Source of the DNA: Octopus sinensis
Taxonomy: Eukaryota
NCBI RefSeq assembly: GCF_006345805.1
Contig: NC_043003.1
Span: 73,408,001-73,472,000, forward strand
Direction of reading: 5' to 3'
Length of the DNA stretch: 64,000 bases
The notes below the pieces were generated by a model. That model did not search any database and was not told the DNA's origin. It saw nothing but the letters and a program-made list of their open reading frames with translations. Positions within the stretch are counted from its first letter, which is position 1. Every line of letters begins with the position of its first letter. This document shows positions 40,202-54,230 of this stretch, piece after piece. Both the position numbers and the translations under genes were made by a program.

Positions 40202-41227
40202 TTTTTGACAAAAAAATCATCATCATCATCATTAACAACATCTTCTTCATCGGCGGTGGCGTTGTCGTCATCATCAGGATCATCCTCATCACTATCATCA
40301 TCATGATCACCATGATCAAAAGCATATGAGCATTGCAATTAAATTTTTGAAACATACTATATTTACATTTACAAAGTGATGGTTTGAAATTAGTCGCTAG
40401 TAGCCAGTACTTTACTGTATCCGCGTTATTGCTTTGCCGAATGAAGTGGAATTAATGACATATACCAAACACATAATAAAATATTTAAATGAGTATGGAA
40501 TATAGTTCGTGTCACGTATGAAACATAAGTGAAATACATATTAAATCTGGAATGGATAATTTTATACACTCCATAGAAAAATATTAATTTCACTCGACTT
40601 ATGAAAGCGAATATACATTAAACGCAAATTAATATGTGTATATAATGTCTAACGCTTCAGTAACTAAACCTGATATACTTATAAAACACATAAACGGTGA
40701 TCATACACCATTGACAAATATAGAATAATTTCACTTTGGAAAATTGAGAATGAGAACAATAAAGAAATGTTTGTTTTATTGGAAACAGTTATTTAGGAAT
40801 AATAATTCACACATTAAAAAATGTATAGTTTATGCATTCAAAAGAAATATGAATACACCAAAGTTAAACTTTCATATGAAATATTAATAATAGTGTTTAT
40901 CCGTTCACTGATTAAACTTGTGTACATGTATATCAATATAGTATATGATATATGATATATGATATAATATAATGTAATACGATATTATATAATATAGTAT
41001 AAGTATAGTATAATATACTATTAATAATACATTGATACATATATACATACATATATATATATACATACATACATACATACATACATACATACATACACCT
41101 GTAAAGGCTAAATTAAATATATTTAAAGACTTTAAAGGTATTTTTTGATATGCTGGCGACGGATAAAATTTTTTCGAAAATTTTATCCTGTATTACCGTG
41201 TCTATATATATATATATATAATATATA

Positions 41228-41269
<42 letters not shown>

Positions 41270-43149
41270 CATATATATATATATTATATATATATATATA
41301 TATAATATATATATAATTTATTTGTTTTAATTTTTAAACTCTGGTCATGATGGGGTCATCCCCTTAAGGGTTTAGCAGAACAGATCGATCCCTCTATTTA
41401 TTTTAAAACGTGGTACTTAATTTATTGCTGATTCACAAAGTTATAGGGAAGTAAACAAACCCATAACGGTTCTCAAATGCTGGACGAACAGCAACACACA
41501 CAGACACACATAATTTTAAAGTTCACATCTATAGATTTTCTCTAGAATTCTGCGCCAACGCTGCATGTTAGGACACTTCACCTGTGAATACGTGAATATA
41601 AACGCGAAGAGAGAAAATATATATGATGGCCATATATGATTATTTCAAGTGTTATGGCACTTTCACCAGCAAAACCTCCAACCCACCACACTGTTCACGA
41701 ATGCATTACTCCAAATCTCCACTAATATTAGCGGTGTAAAACTATTGGATGGCCCAAGTTACACACCAAACAAAATAACTCTTTAAAAATGCCTTACTAC
41801 TTTTATCATCTTGGAACGTATCGTTTACATAGACGTATTGGTATATGAAGCGCCGTAACTTGTTGTAATGGCTCTGAATTCAGTACAGAAAAATCTATGG
41901 AGAGAAACTTATAAAAATGAAAACATCGCACCGCTAATACAAAATTAAGAAACAATATCCCTTTACCAACTTTTAATATACTTGGTAGTATATCAGGGTT
42001 ACAAAACGACGTACTGTGTCACTTACGTACCAATCACCGGAAATATGTTTGTTATGTAAATCGACCTATTCAACAGATGATTAAGTTGGTCAGTCTGACA
42101 GGTGATTAGATTTTTTTTTATATCTAATTACTTAGGAGTTCTGGAATAAGCAGATGTGCTTCCAGATGACGCAGTTGCGATTATAACCCTATGTACATAA
42201 TGTGTGTGCGTGTGTTTGTGAGTGTGTGTGTGCGCATGTGTGTGTGCGTGCGTGTGTGCGCGAGTGTTCATATGTGTATATATATATACGAATACCCACG
42301 TACACACGCACACAAGGCTCTAACAAACACAATACGCGCACATACACACGAACACACACGTACACACACAAGTCTGATATATATATAATACACATCACAT
42401 GCATACATACTTACATATATACGCACAGCACCTGGACAATTATAACAGACACACATACACAGACGCACACACACACACACACCCACGTGTATGCACACAC
42501 TGCCCTGACCAATGCAACACTTTCACATACACACACACACGCATACACACGTACGCACACATAAACAAACAGACCACCCTGACAAACGCAACATACACAT
42601 ACACGCATGCACACACAGATGCACACACATGCACACATACGTAGACACACACACAAATAGAACACCCACCTACACGAACACATATACATGCACGCACACA
42701 CACATACCCATATAAAGCCGCTATTTGCATTTCCCAGGATAAAACATACACATACATACACACGTACACTTACACGCAAATACACATCATTCTTTACTTA
42801 TGAGTCATACACATAAACCCCGCCAGACACCAGCCAAAACTACTGAACCGTAACGGAAGCAGCTCACCAAACATCTCTAGGCGCCACAACAACTATTCAA
42901 AATCAGAACAATCGTCAACTACCTTTTGACCATGTAGTCAACTACCCATACTCTTCTTACATATGAAAACGAATGTTGGATGACATTGGCACTTGATATA
43001 TCATGAATACTTATGCCCGACCCTAAAAGCCAGATCCGAGAACTATAAATGGTCTCTTATTTCTTTACACACCTGTTTTTAATTTTAAGATGCTGTAAAC
43101 AAATATGGTTTCTGATAACAGTGAGACTAAAACTCTACCACCCACTGAT

Positions 43150-43530
43150 TGACAAACCAGACACGTTTTATCTTGTCAAAGACTATATCACTTGATCTGG
43201 ATATATTTATGTAATATAATTTTCATCTTATCATTGTAAAAAAATTATTACCTGATCTGAATGTTTTGATGTAAACTATTCTTCCACAGAGGCTACACAT
43301 GACAAACCAGACACGTCTTGTCTTTTTTCAAAGACTCTATTACCTGATCGGGATATATACATATAAACTAATTTTTATCTTCTTATCATTGTAAAGAAAA
43401 AATTATTTCCTCGTCTGAATGTTTTTATGTAAACTAATTTTTGGCTCATCACAAAGAATACACAAAGCCTCAAACTTGTTCTTATCATTGTCAAAAACTC
43501 TGTCACTTGGTTTGAATACTTTTACATACG
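43150..43530. repeat. Degenerate minisatellite, about 50-bp subunits with a 150-bp higher-order period
   Basis: TGACAAACCAGACACG occurs at 43150 and 43300. TCTTATCATTGT...CTGAATG...TGTAAACTA subunits recur. Confidence 0.75.
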
Positions 43531-44261
43531 TGTTCCGTGAGTTTTAGGTAGCAATTTACAAAATAAAATGTGCTCACTAAAAAAGCACTTCGAGATGGAG
43601 GGTGGGTAAGAGAGAGAGATTTGGAATCATTTTAAATCCATATTTAAATTTACCTGTATCTTACCTGAGAATAATTCAGCGTCAGCAATCATGTGTACAC
43701 GAGAGTTTGCGTAGGTTTTGCTTTAGACGTACTTGTTATAAAAAAATATTTTAATATTGTGCCACTTGCCTGATGAATTATAGTGTCCTTGGTTTGTGTG
43801 GGTACTGCAAAACACACATCCGCCCATATATATATATATATATATATAATATATTAATATAGATATATAATATATATATATTATATATATATATAATATT
43901 TGTCACTAAAGTGACTGAGGTTGCTAGTCACTACCAGCATGCTAGAAATAAGAGCCAAACAATTCTTAGGCTCGTGAGAGCACTTTTCTAACGACTGACA
44001 AGGAAGACAAGATTCCTACAGCAAGCGGGATGGAGTCGTATCGGCGATGACGTAATCAAATCTGAACTCATCGATGACATGGTTCCATCTCTAGGGAGCT
44101 TGCCTCCGTTGTCAGTCGTTAGAAAAGTGCTCCCACTAGCCTAAGAATTGCTTTTACTCTTATTTCTGGCAATGCTGGTAGTGAATAGCAACCTCTGTCA
44201 CTTAAGTGACACACACACATATATACATGCATATATGTATATATATATATATATTAATATA

Positions 44262-44296
<35 letters not shown>

Positions 44297-44542
44297 CGTT
44301 TAAATATTTGTTGTGCAAGATTCTTTTATGTGAAGTCGTGTGTTGAAACAGATATTGTTATATTTCGGAATGGTTATTTTGCCAGTTTAGCAATAAAAAC
44401 ACACGCACTATATTTGGTGTTTTTGGCTGAAATAAGATTAAGATTAATGTAAAAAATAAATAACACTGAGCAAAATAACATCAATATATAGTGCGTGTGT
44501 TTTTATTGGCTAAACTGGCAAAATGACCATTCCGAAATAAAC

Positions 44543-44597
<55 letters not shown>

Positions 44598-45565
44598 ATA
44601 TATATATATTATATATCTATATATATATTATATATATATATATGAGCGTACGTGTGATTTGCCTACCCAACACAAACCAAGACACCCTATAATTCATCAC
44701 AGCCAGTCGCTACAATGTTAAGGAATTTTTTATAACTAGTACGTCTAAAGCCCTACGAAAACTCTCGATTACAGATGATTGCTGACGCTGATTTATTCTA
44801 AGTTAAGAAACAGGTAAATCTAAAAATTAATTTTACATGATTCCAAATCTCTCTCTTTTACCCACCCCATGACGAAGTGCTTTCGTAGTTGAGCGCATGT
44901 TATTTTGTAAATTGCTACATAAAACTCACGGTGCACGTATGTAACACATACTGAAAACAGTAACCCTCGCCACCAGACAACCTATGAAAAATTCTCGGTT
45001 ATAATTTATTACGACTGTTATGAGTATTTTTGCAAAAACGACGGAAATAATCCGGATTACATTTAGTGATTATTCGTAAATTTAAATTCACGTATAAATA
45101 ATTCTGTTCTCTCTCTCTCTCCTCCCTCTCTCCATCTCAACCTAACGAACGACAAAATTCAAGTTACATATTTTCGCATATCCTGCCTCTCTTCCAGTTA
45201 GCGAAAATATTTTTCTTTTCATGACGAAATAGTAAAATATAATTAAGAAGATTTCAAAGTCCACGTATTGATGAGATTCAATTAAATAGCTTAAACATAT
45301 ATGAATATTAGAGACCTTATAACTGAATACAAATATAATAACTTCTTATCTGAAAGGAAACGAAATCCTCAGTCACTTACGAAAACACTCTTTTTAATAT
45401 TGAATTGTGGCAAGGGAATTCTCTCCCTTGCAATGTAACTACCAAGAAAACAACAGTTGTGTGCATGTCTGTGTATCTGTCTGTCTACGTGTATGTATGT
45501 GCGTATAGTTTCTTCTGTATTTAATTATTTGACGTATTCATATAAGGAAGAAGCTGTTTTCTAGA

Positions 45566-45603
<38 letters not shown>

Positions 45604-45855
45604 AATAATGAAGGGTGAAATTAATTAATTTGGAATAATTATCAATTACACCAAGTAGTCCTTCGGCATGTAAAAGCCTTTCGAGGAAAATTTAAGTAAT
45701 ACTAAGCAATAAAGGGTTTAGCAACGAATTGTAAGGCAATTCGTTGCTAAACCTTTATTGCTTAGTATATATATATATATATAATAAAATATGGAAAACT
45801 TTTCTCAAGTTTCATTTGTGAATTCGATTTTGTTGTTTATATTCCATTGACAGAG

Positions 45856-45940
<85 letters not shown>

Positions 45941-46723
45941 CTCTGTCAATGCAATATAAACAAAAATCGAATTCACAAATGAAACTTGAGAAAAGTTTTC
46001 CATATTTTATTGTTCAACTTACAGATTATATTTGTAATGTACAAATGATCGGGTTGATTTCTTTTTCTGAAAACTCTAGCTCTTCCGCATTTTCACGTAG
46101 GTATTTACTTACAAAACGAAGGACACCAATTATGTTTATGATTAGTATAAATGTGAATGTCGATCTTTGCCTTCTAGCCTCCGGCTCCACTACCGACAAC
46201 GCCTTCTCCATCAGACCCATAGAACATTCATTTTTCCATAACTTGAGGCTCTACTCGACCACGTTATCTGCTTTCACCTCCCTCAGTCTCACAACACCAA
46301 ACTTTTCTTCCTACTGACATCACCCGCCTCCTTTTCACCATTGACATTACCATTTCCTATACTCCCATTCCTCATGAACTGGGTATTTATGCTCTAAGGC
46401 CATTCCACTCTTTAATATTATCTCTCTCTTTTTCTCTCTCTCTCTCGCTTCTACTATCGTGATCAACTAAACTCTTTCATCTTGTTCGTCATCTCTTTAA
46501 TTGCTTCTTCCATTTTCCCTCCTCCTGTTATGCCTCTCTAAAACACCGGACATGGATACAAGATAGTTAACAAGCTGAGATTAGCAAACTAGTAAAGAGC
46601 TCTTCACCGACAAGAAAGAAACTGCAAAATTTAATGTAGGAGTTCACAAGGATTCCTTTACCACTAAAGCCACACAATTGGACTCATCTGTCCATACCAA
46701 TTGGATACGTGTTGGGTAAATCT

Positions 46724-46879
46724 GGCGTGTCTGTGTAGTAAGAAGCTTACTTCACAATCACATGGTTTCAGGCTCAGTCCCACTGCGTGGAACCTTGGGT
46801 AAGTGTCTCCTACAATAGACTCGGGACGACCAAAGCATTGTGAGTGATTTGGTAGACGGAAACTGAAAGAAGCTCGTCG

Positions 46880-46910
<31 letters not shown>

Positions 46911-47177
46911 ATATATATAATATTATGTATGTATGTATGTATGTATGTATGTGTGTATGTATTTGTGTCTATGTTTGTCCCTCCACCATCGCTTGACAAC
47001 CGATGTTGGTCCATTTACGTTGCACCGATGTCGGTGCCCTGTAACTTAGCGGTTCGGGAAAAGAGGTCGATAGAATAAGTACTAGAATTACAAAAAATAA
47101 GTTCTGGGGTTGATTTGCTCAAATGAATCGATGTTCCAGCATGGCTGCAGTCAAATAATCGAAGCAAGTAAAAGAAC
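46724..47177 (+). mobile_element. SINE family 1, full copy
   Basis: tRNA-like head, body, internal microsatellite and a tail ending AAGTAAAAGAA. Confidence 0.9.
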
Positions 47178-47460
47178 AAAATAATATATTAGATAGGATT
47201 TTTCCTAGGATTAGGAAAGAATGAGATCTAATATAGATCTAATGAGATCTAATGGCAACGTAAGCTACAGATAGACGGATTTGATCTACTAGATAAGTTA
47301 CCGATACAGGTGTAGTCACGGATATTTTTTGGAAATCTATTTTATTTAATTTAGAGAATATACTCTGTGAGGTTTGTGGAGGTTAGTAAAAAGTTAGTGC
47401 TCGGCTCTCTATTAAACCTTTGACCTTAGCAAATGAATAACACAAGGTCTTAAAAAAATA

Positions 47461-47868
47461 TACTCTTTTACTCTTTTACTTGTTTCAGTCATTTGACTGC
47501 GGCCATGCTGGAGCACCGTATTTAATCGAGCAACTCGACCCCGGGACTTATTCTTTTGTAAGCCCAGTACTTATTCTATCGGTCTCTTTTGTCGAACCGC
47601 TAAGTAACGGGGACATAAACATACCAGCATCGGTTGTCAAGCAATGCTAGGGAGACAAACACAGACACACAAACACACACACGCATATATATATATATAT
47701 ATACATATATACGACGGGCTTCTTTCAGTTTCCGTCTACCAGATCCACTCACAAGGCTTTGGTCGGCCCGAGGCTATAGTAGAAGACACTTGCCCAAGGT
47801 GCCACGCAGTGGGACTGAACCCAGAACTATGTGGTTGGTAAACAAGCTACCTACCACACAGCCACTCC
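47461..47868 (-). mobile_element. SINE family 1, full, apparently young copy
   Basis: Cleanest copy: GGAGTGGCTGTGTGGTAGG head and an AAAAGAGTAAAAGAGTA-type tail. Confidence 0.92.
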
Positions 47869-49418
47869 ATTCATATTTTGTATGAAATATACACTAAAAT
47901 ATCAACATTCTGAATTAAACTCGAGGGATAACATTAGTCGACAATATCCATATCACAAACATTCAAATCACCCAAAAGTCTAATATCAATTACTTAGTCA
48001 GAAATATCTCTAACTGAATCGCAAAAGTGTATGCTAGCAAACAAAGTTTCAAGAATAATGCTGACTATTATAGCACAGCACCAAAGATCTATTGCTTTGA
48101 TAAAAAATGTAAAGGACCAAACCATTCTCTGAGACAAACATATGTCAGAAACTAAATAATAATATTTCCAACTCACCAATATTCACAAGTAGTAAATGAT
48201 ACATAAATCTTAAATAACATAATATTAATAACTCAACAACAATTTATCATTTCTAATATAAGGAAACAATGAAAAATTATATCTTTGAAATCTGTAGCAA
48301 TAGGACGATCAAGTATGCCAATCATTCACAAAATGAACGCACAGGTAGGCCGATACATAAATAGTACTACTAACAGGGATTCTGACACTACCATTTGTTA
48401 AAATTGCAATTGTGATTATAGCAGAAATTACAATAGCATAAAAACTTAGAACACGATATCTAAGAAAGACGCTGACGTTTTTATTGTACCTTCTTTTAGA
48501 CATATTTTTAATGAATATAGGCTGGGACCTCCGTATATTCCGAGAATTGATGCCTTACAAGAAAATAGTGTTCGTAAAACCCCCAAAATTAAAATGTGAA
48601 AAAGCGATACATTCGGGTATAATCGACCACATACACACAACGTAAAAAATAATTTACAAGAGGCTTTACAGCCACGTAGCTTCAGGACCAATTCCTTTCT
48701 GCTACACCTTGGGGAAGTGTCTTATACTATAATCTTGTGTCTACCAAATATCATTGAGTTCTCTAAATCTTTACGGGTAAATTCATGTGCACCTCAATAA
48801 ATAATTTAGTTAATAATATGGAATACTTGATCCATCCCACTTACCTTAACGCTTACAGTAAAAGTAAACCAAATTCAGAAAATCAAATACGATGGTCGGA
48901 AGGAATCAAGACATTCAGGAGAAAACAAAAAAAAAAGGTATAACGTTTTCCCAAAAATGATGACAGCATTAAACATTTCTCGTAGAAAAACATAGCTACA
49001 CATGACATTCACTCGGTGAAAGAGAGAAAGAGACTTAGTAAACAAATATTGTTTTCTCTTCACTTCTTGATTCCTTCTGAGCATTGTATTTGATCTTTAT
49101 GCGATTTTTGTATCAATTTTACATGACTTTTATCTGTTACGAATAATTTTACTAAATACCTTTAAAGATTTTAAATAATTGTTTATGCTTCAAATTACTT
49201 CCAATCTGTGTATACACACTTTTTGTAGTTTTTCTTATTCCCTCATCAATATAAACAGTATTTCATCCGTTAAATCTGGACATCTATTTGCAGAGATACA
49301 TTCGCTTCTAACAACGTATGGCAAACTAAAAATCAACAATATTTTACAGAGTACACACCACATGATATCACACTCCATCTAATTTACCGATTAAAACTAT
49401 GCCTTCCAGTCACCTATT

Positions 49419-49508
<90 letters not shown>

Positions 49509-50319
49509 ATATATGTATATGTGTGTATATATATATTTTTATATATATGTATATATATGTGTGTGTTTGTGTGTGTGTGCATATGTGAGTGTGTGAGTGT
49601 GCGTGCGTATGTGCACGTGTGTATACACACACACACACATGCATTCTCAAACTTATGTAAATTATCTATGTCTAGCAAAGTCTTGGAACAACTCAATTTT
49701 AAAACTATTTCTTCCTCTCTGTACCTTTTTGAATTGCTTTGCAAATCATTACCGCTTCATTTCCTTACATAAGATATCTGTTCTTTTTGTTTTCTCCATA
49801 CCAAGCCTATCTATTCATGTATTTCTAATTTGTGATATTCGCTTGTTTTTTTAATTCTGAATGTTTTCCTTCAAGTTTCATTGTTGTCTTATAGCATATC
49901 ATGAATTCTAAAACGGATCTCGAGAGAAATTTTAATTGATTACAAATATTATAACGATTTCCTACACCAGTATATAGCTCCTCATTTTATTCATATTTAT
50001 TTCAATAATGATTAATGTTTACGTTGTTTTTTTTCCACCTTTAAATGCTTATATCATAGTGTGGCAGCCACTGCTCATTACCACCCTTAGCCCATTCAAC
50101 GGCCATTGCATTTTTACTTATTTTTTTTTATTTCTGTCTGTTTATCAGTTACGGGAAACTTTGAGCAAGTGCAAGACGTCTTTATTTGAATTAATATGTG
50201 AATATACAATTGTATTGTATAATGCTGAGCATGCATATTAATGCAAACAGACACAAAGTATTTCTTCCATACTAAAATTAATGCTGCATGAATAAAGTTG
50301 CAAAAGAGTGGTAGCCGTA

Positions 50320-50448
50320 TAGGGGACACCGGTTAAAGAAATATATATTCATATCCCATACCTTCTGAGCTTATAGTTTAATAAATTTCGCACGAAATAA
50401 TTGCTTCTATCCGATTTTCCGAGTTTTCAATTACATGGACACTCTGTA
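50320..50448 (+). mobile_element. Tc1/mariner 3'-end fragment
   Basis: Ends in TIR-like CATGGACACTCTG|TA (CACCCTGTA-type terminus). No ORF. Confidence 0.45.
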
Positions 50449-50671
50449 TCACACTTCTTTTTATAACTGATTACTATGTGTACTGAGAGCCGAATGTGTA
50501 ACAGGAGCATTATATGACACCTCACGGTCACTGAATCCACATCCACAAAGCGAATCATATACTACCCATGTTAGTATAAATACATACATGCATACATACA
50601 TACATACATACATACATACATACATACATACACACACTCACACACACACACATATATATACATATATATAT

Positions 50672-50841
50672 AAAGGGAAAGTTTACGAAAATAAACAAAA
50701 GACGAAGGCAGGTGGAGTACAAACAAACAAATGTATTACTATAGCGCTCAGGAATAGAAAGAGTCTTTTACGTTTCGAGCCTACGCTCTTCGTCAGAAAG
50801 ATACACAGAAAAAAAAACAAGGAGAGAAAAATGCGTGTAGT
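50672..50841 (-). mobile_element. Short pLTR-like element carrying an intact minimal hammerhead, in (TA)n
   Basis: Aligns with 36366-36550 and has TA-rich junctions. Confidence 0.7.
50764..50801 (-). ncRNA. Minimal type I hammerhead ribozyme
   Basis: Minus strand TCTTT-CTGACGA-A-GAGC(GTAG)GCTC-GAAA-CG-TA-AAAGA: stem I 5 bp, stem II 4 bp, palindromic ACGT stem III, GUA site. Confidence 0.8.
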
Positions 50842-51609
50842 TATATAAGCAAAGAACTACTTGAAAATCTCAATAAGAGGTGAAAGTAGTAACTATGGTG
50901 AAAAGTAATGTTTATTGCCACATCAATATGCTATTGAATGTTACTACCATTTTAATCCCAGGCGAATCCTCCACCAGCTGGTTATAGGTGCAGCCTGCAC
51001 TCTCTTTATATTGCAAGCAGGGAAGTGAACCTCTACCATCTTCCAGCTGCAGATGAGATCACGAGATCGAATCGGTTTTGGGCTACTTATGCCAAACTTC
51101 AGTCGTGAACACACTACCGCTATATATAGACAACAAAGCAACCATTGGTCACTGATTTCCTAACGAATACATAATTCTACATAGCAGACTGCAAAACAGT
51201 AAATATATTCTGCTTAATAAGTTGCACACCAAGTTTCAATAAAATTGACTATTATTTTGAGGTTCGCATCGACTATAAATATAACGCGAGTTTGAATGCT
51301 TCTCCAGTGCCGCTACAAATGTCGTTGCATGTGGATTACGTCGTGCGTGTGTGAATTTTTCTGTTTTATGCCTTAACGTTAGGTCATTGTATTAAAATGA
51401 TCGTGTTAAACTTAGTGTTGTTTACATTTAGTGACGACTCAAAAGCCAATAACGCGTCATGATATGAATGCCTAATATTTGGTACTCTATATGATCACAC
51501 GAGCGAGTTTTTCTAACTTAAAAGGACGTACTAAAATGTGTTATGTTTGAAAGAGAAAAATAAATAACATAGTCAAAAAAGATCCCCCAATTAAGCAAAT
51601 TGTCAAGAT

Positions 51610-51900
51610 TGTAGCAGAAAAGATAATTCTTCTTTGATAAAAGGCATCCATCCTTTGCGTTACAATTGAGTCAGTTAAACCGAAAATCTTTTATCTAAAG
51701 TACGAAGCATTACTAAAATGTGTGAAAAATATAAATCAAACGTACCATCGTTTCCAACAAAGTGTAATGTGTTTAAAAACAATGCAACAAAAGATTTACT
51801 TGACATCTTCTGTTGCAAGTGCAACTCCTTTAAAAAATTTCAGTTGTGGTAGAGACAAAAAAGTACAATAGTGGGAACAAGATTTTTACAGGATCAACAG
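51610..51900 (-). pseudogene. Candidate decayed cadherin repeat
   Basis: 51797-51675 reads LHFVGNDGTFDLYFSHILVMLRTLDKRFSV* (GN.DG.F.I....I...R.LDRE). It is preceded in another frame by KGVALATEDVK and followed by MPFIKEELSFLL. Confidence 0.45.
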
Positions 51901-52427
51901 ACAAGTCGAAAAATGGTCATTGGCGAAATAGATACGTCAGTTGATACGTATTACTTAGTCACATGAAATTATTATCAAAATAATCTCCACCCTACATCCA
52001 CTTCGCAGACAAATTATCAAATAAGAAATCTACTATAATGTAAGACTCACTATTCTTTGCTTTTACTCTCGCTACCAATGTATCCCTATGTCTTTCGCTC
52101 TGCTCACCTCTACATATGACTACGCATTCTGATAATATCTACCACTAAAACAGGTAAACAGAAACGATCGTAAATGTACCACTGTTCTTTATTAATTAAT
52201 TAAGTTAATGGCTTACTAGCACAAACGACTAAATTCTTCCTGTTTTTTTCTTCCATTTACTTATTGCATATAATTTAAACTACGTTTACCCGCTGAATTA
52301 CCTGCTACCGTATACCTTTACCAAGGACTGTACTTACGCAGTTAATCACCAGGAGCGACTTTGGATTTAACCATTCCTTAGAGGTTTTAAACACCTCTAA
52401 CTTATACATATATACCTATATATATAT

Positions 52428-52525
<98 letters not shown>

Positions 52526-53110
52526 AATGTATGTATATGTACACATATATACCTGAGTACCTGCTTCGCTAAAAAATAGAAGTCAAAGATACTTCTAAGC
52601 CACGGAATAGTCCAAACAATTTATACAGGCCAGATAGGAAATTTCAGGGAACAATAATATCGTCTTACCTCTGCTAGGTCAGTAAAAGAAATGCTGGTTA
52701 ATTTGATATCATGATTTTCAATTTAGCACCAAACTGTGCCTGATTCACTTAAGCCAAATCTGCCAGCCAACGACTCTTAAAATGTGCCGTCACCATGTCT
52801 GCAATTTCTTTGGCATACAAGTATTTTTTATTTCTATTTTTAGCAATTCAGGTGGTGATGTAGTACCCTTGCATACTGGCAGAGAAAAGTTTTTCGCTTG
52901 CCCTTATTTATAATTGTATTTATAATTTTCACCTTAAAAGGTATTTTTCACATGACTAAATTTTTAAGAATTTCTGTTAGCTACCTTTCCTCATTTCGAC
53001 ACTTGATGTAATAATAATAGTGAAAATATTGTATGTGGCTAGACGATTTAGCGTCTATTTTTTAGCATATTGTGACAGAAAAAATTATTTTGCCCTTATT
53101 ATAATTGTAC

Positions 53111-53157
<47 letters not shown>

Positions 53158-53790
53158 CGTGTGTGTGTGTGTGTGTCTGTTTGTGCGTCTGCGTGTGTGT
53201 TTGTGTGTGTATTTTATATATATACATCTGTATATATATACATCTGTATATATATATATTATATATATATATATTATATATATATATATATATACATACA
53301 TATAATTATACGTATTTATACATATATTCATACAATGATGCTTACATACATATATGTGTTGAAAACTTTGGTTTCCTTTTGACACATTATCAAACTAACA
53401 CTCGTAAAACCCACACATATGCTCACCGCTCATATTAAAGCATATGCTATTAATACTTCAAACCAGACATAAAATGATGTAAATATTCAATCAAAAGAAT
53501 CAACGTATATTCCCTGAGGTTTGATAGCAAACTAAGTAAACATCCCTTTGACCAATTATATGTAGTTTTTCATCAATCGATTGATGTCTATATTAAACTG
53601 AAGTAAACTAGGTGGAGTGCTACATTATATATAAGGAGACAGATTGGTACGGAGAAAGATAGGTAGTTCGATATGAGGACACAGAAATCGTTAGCTTTAT
53701 CTGTTCATAGACAAACGTAGATTACATATTAGATTATGTTTATACATTCACATATACCAATTTCTATCTCTGTGTATTCGCAGCATACAA

Positions 53791-53791
<1 letters not shown>

Positions 53792-53821
<30 letters not shown>

Positions 53822-53918
53822 TGTATGTATGTATGTATGTATGTATGTATGTATGTATGTATGTATGTATGTATGTATGTATGTATGTATGTATGTATCT
53901 ATCTATCTATCTATCTAC

Positions 53919-53994
<76 letters not shown>

Positions 53995-54004
53995 ATTTCT
54001 ATCT
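53792..54004. repeat. (TATG)n-(TATC)n compound microsatellite upstream of LINE B
   Basis: Directly visible. The last 17 bp form the left TSD. Confidence 0.95.
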
Positions 54005-54230
54005 CTCTCTCGACATGGACGGACGCTAGTCAAATGGGCTCCACGTAAGTTGGTCATTTTGTACGTTGAAAATTGTTTATTGTGAAATATTTTGTGTTTA
54101 AAAGTTGTGCAACAGCATCCACTGCAAACCTTGATTAATATCTACACAAAATTTTGCCCCTTGTGGGCAAAATTTAAAAGAAAAAATTCTCATAGCCTTC
54201 GTGGTTTCATTTAGCCATTTTATTTCCAAA

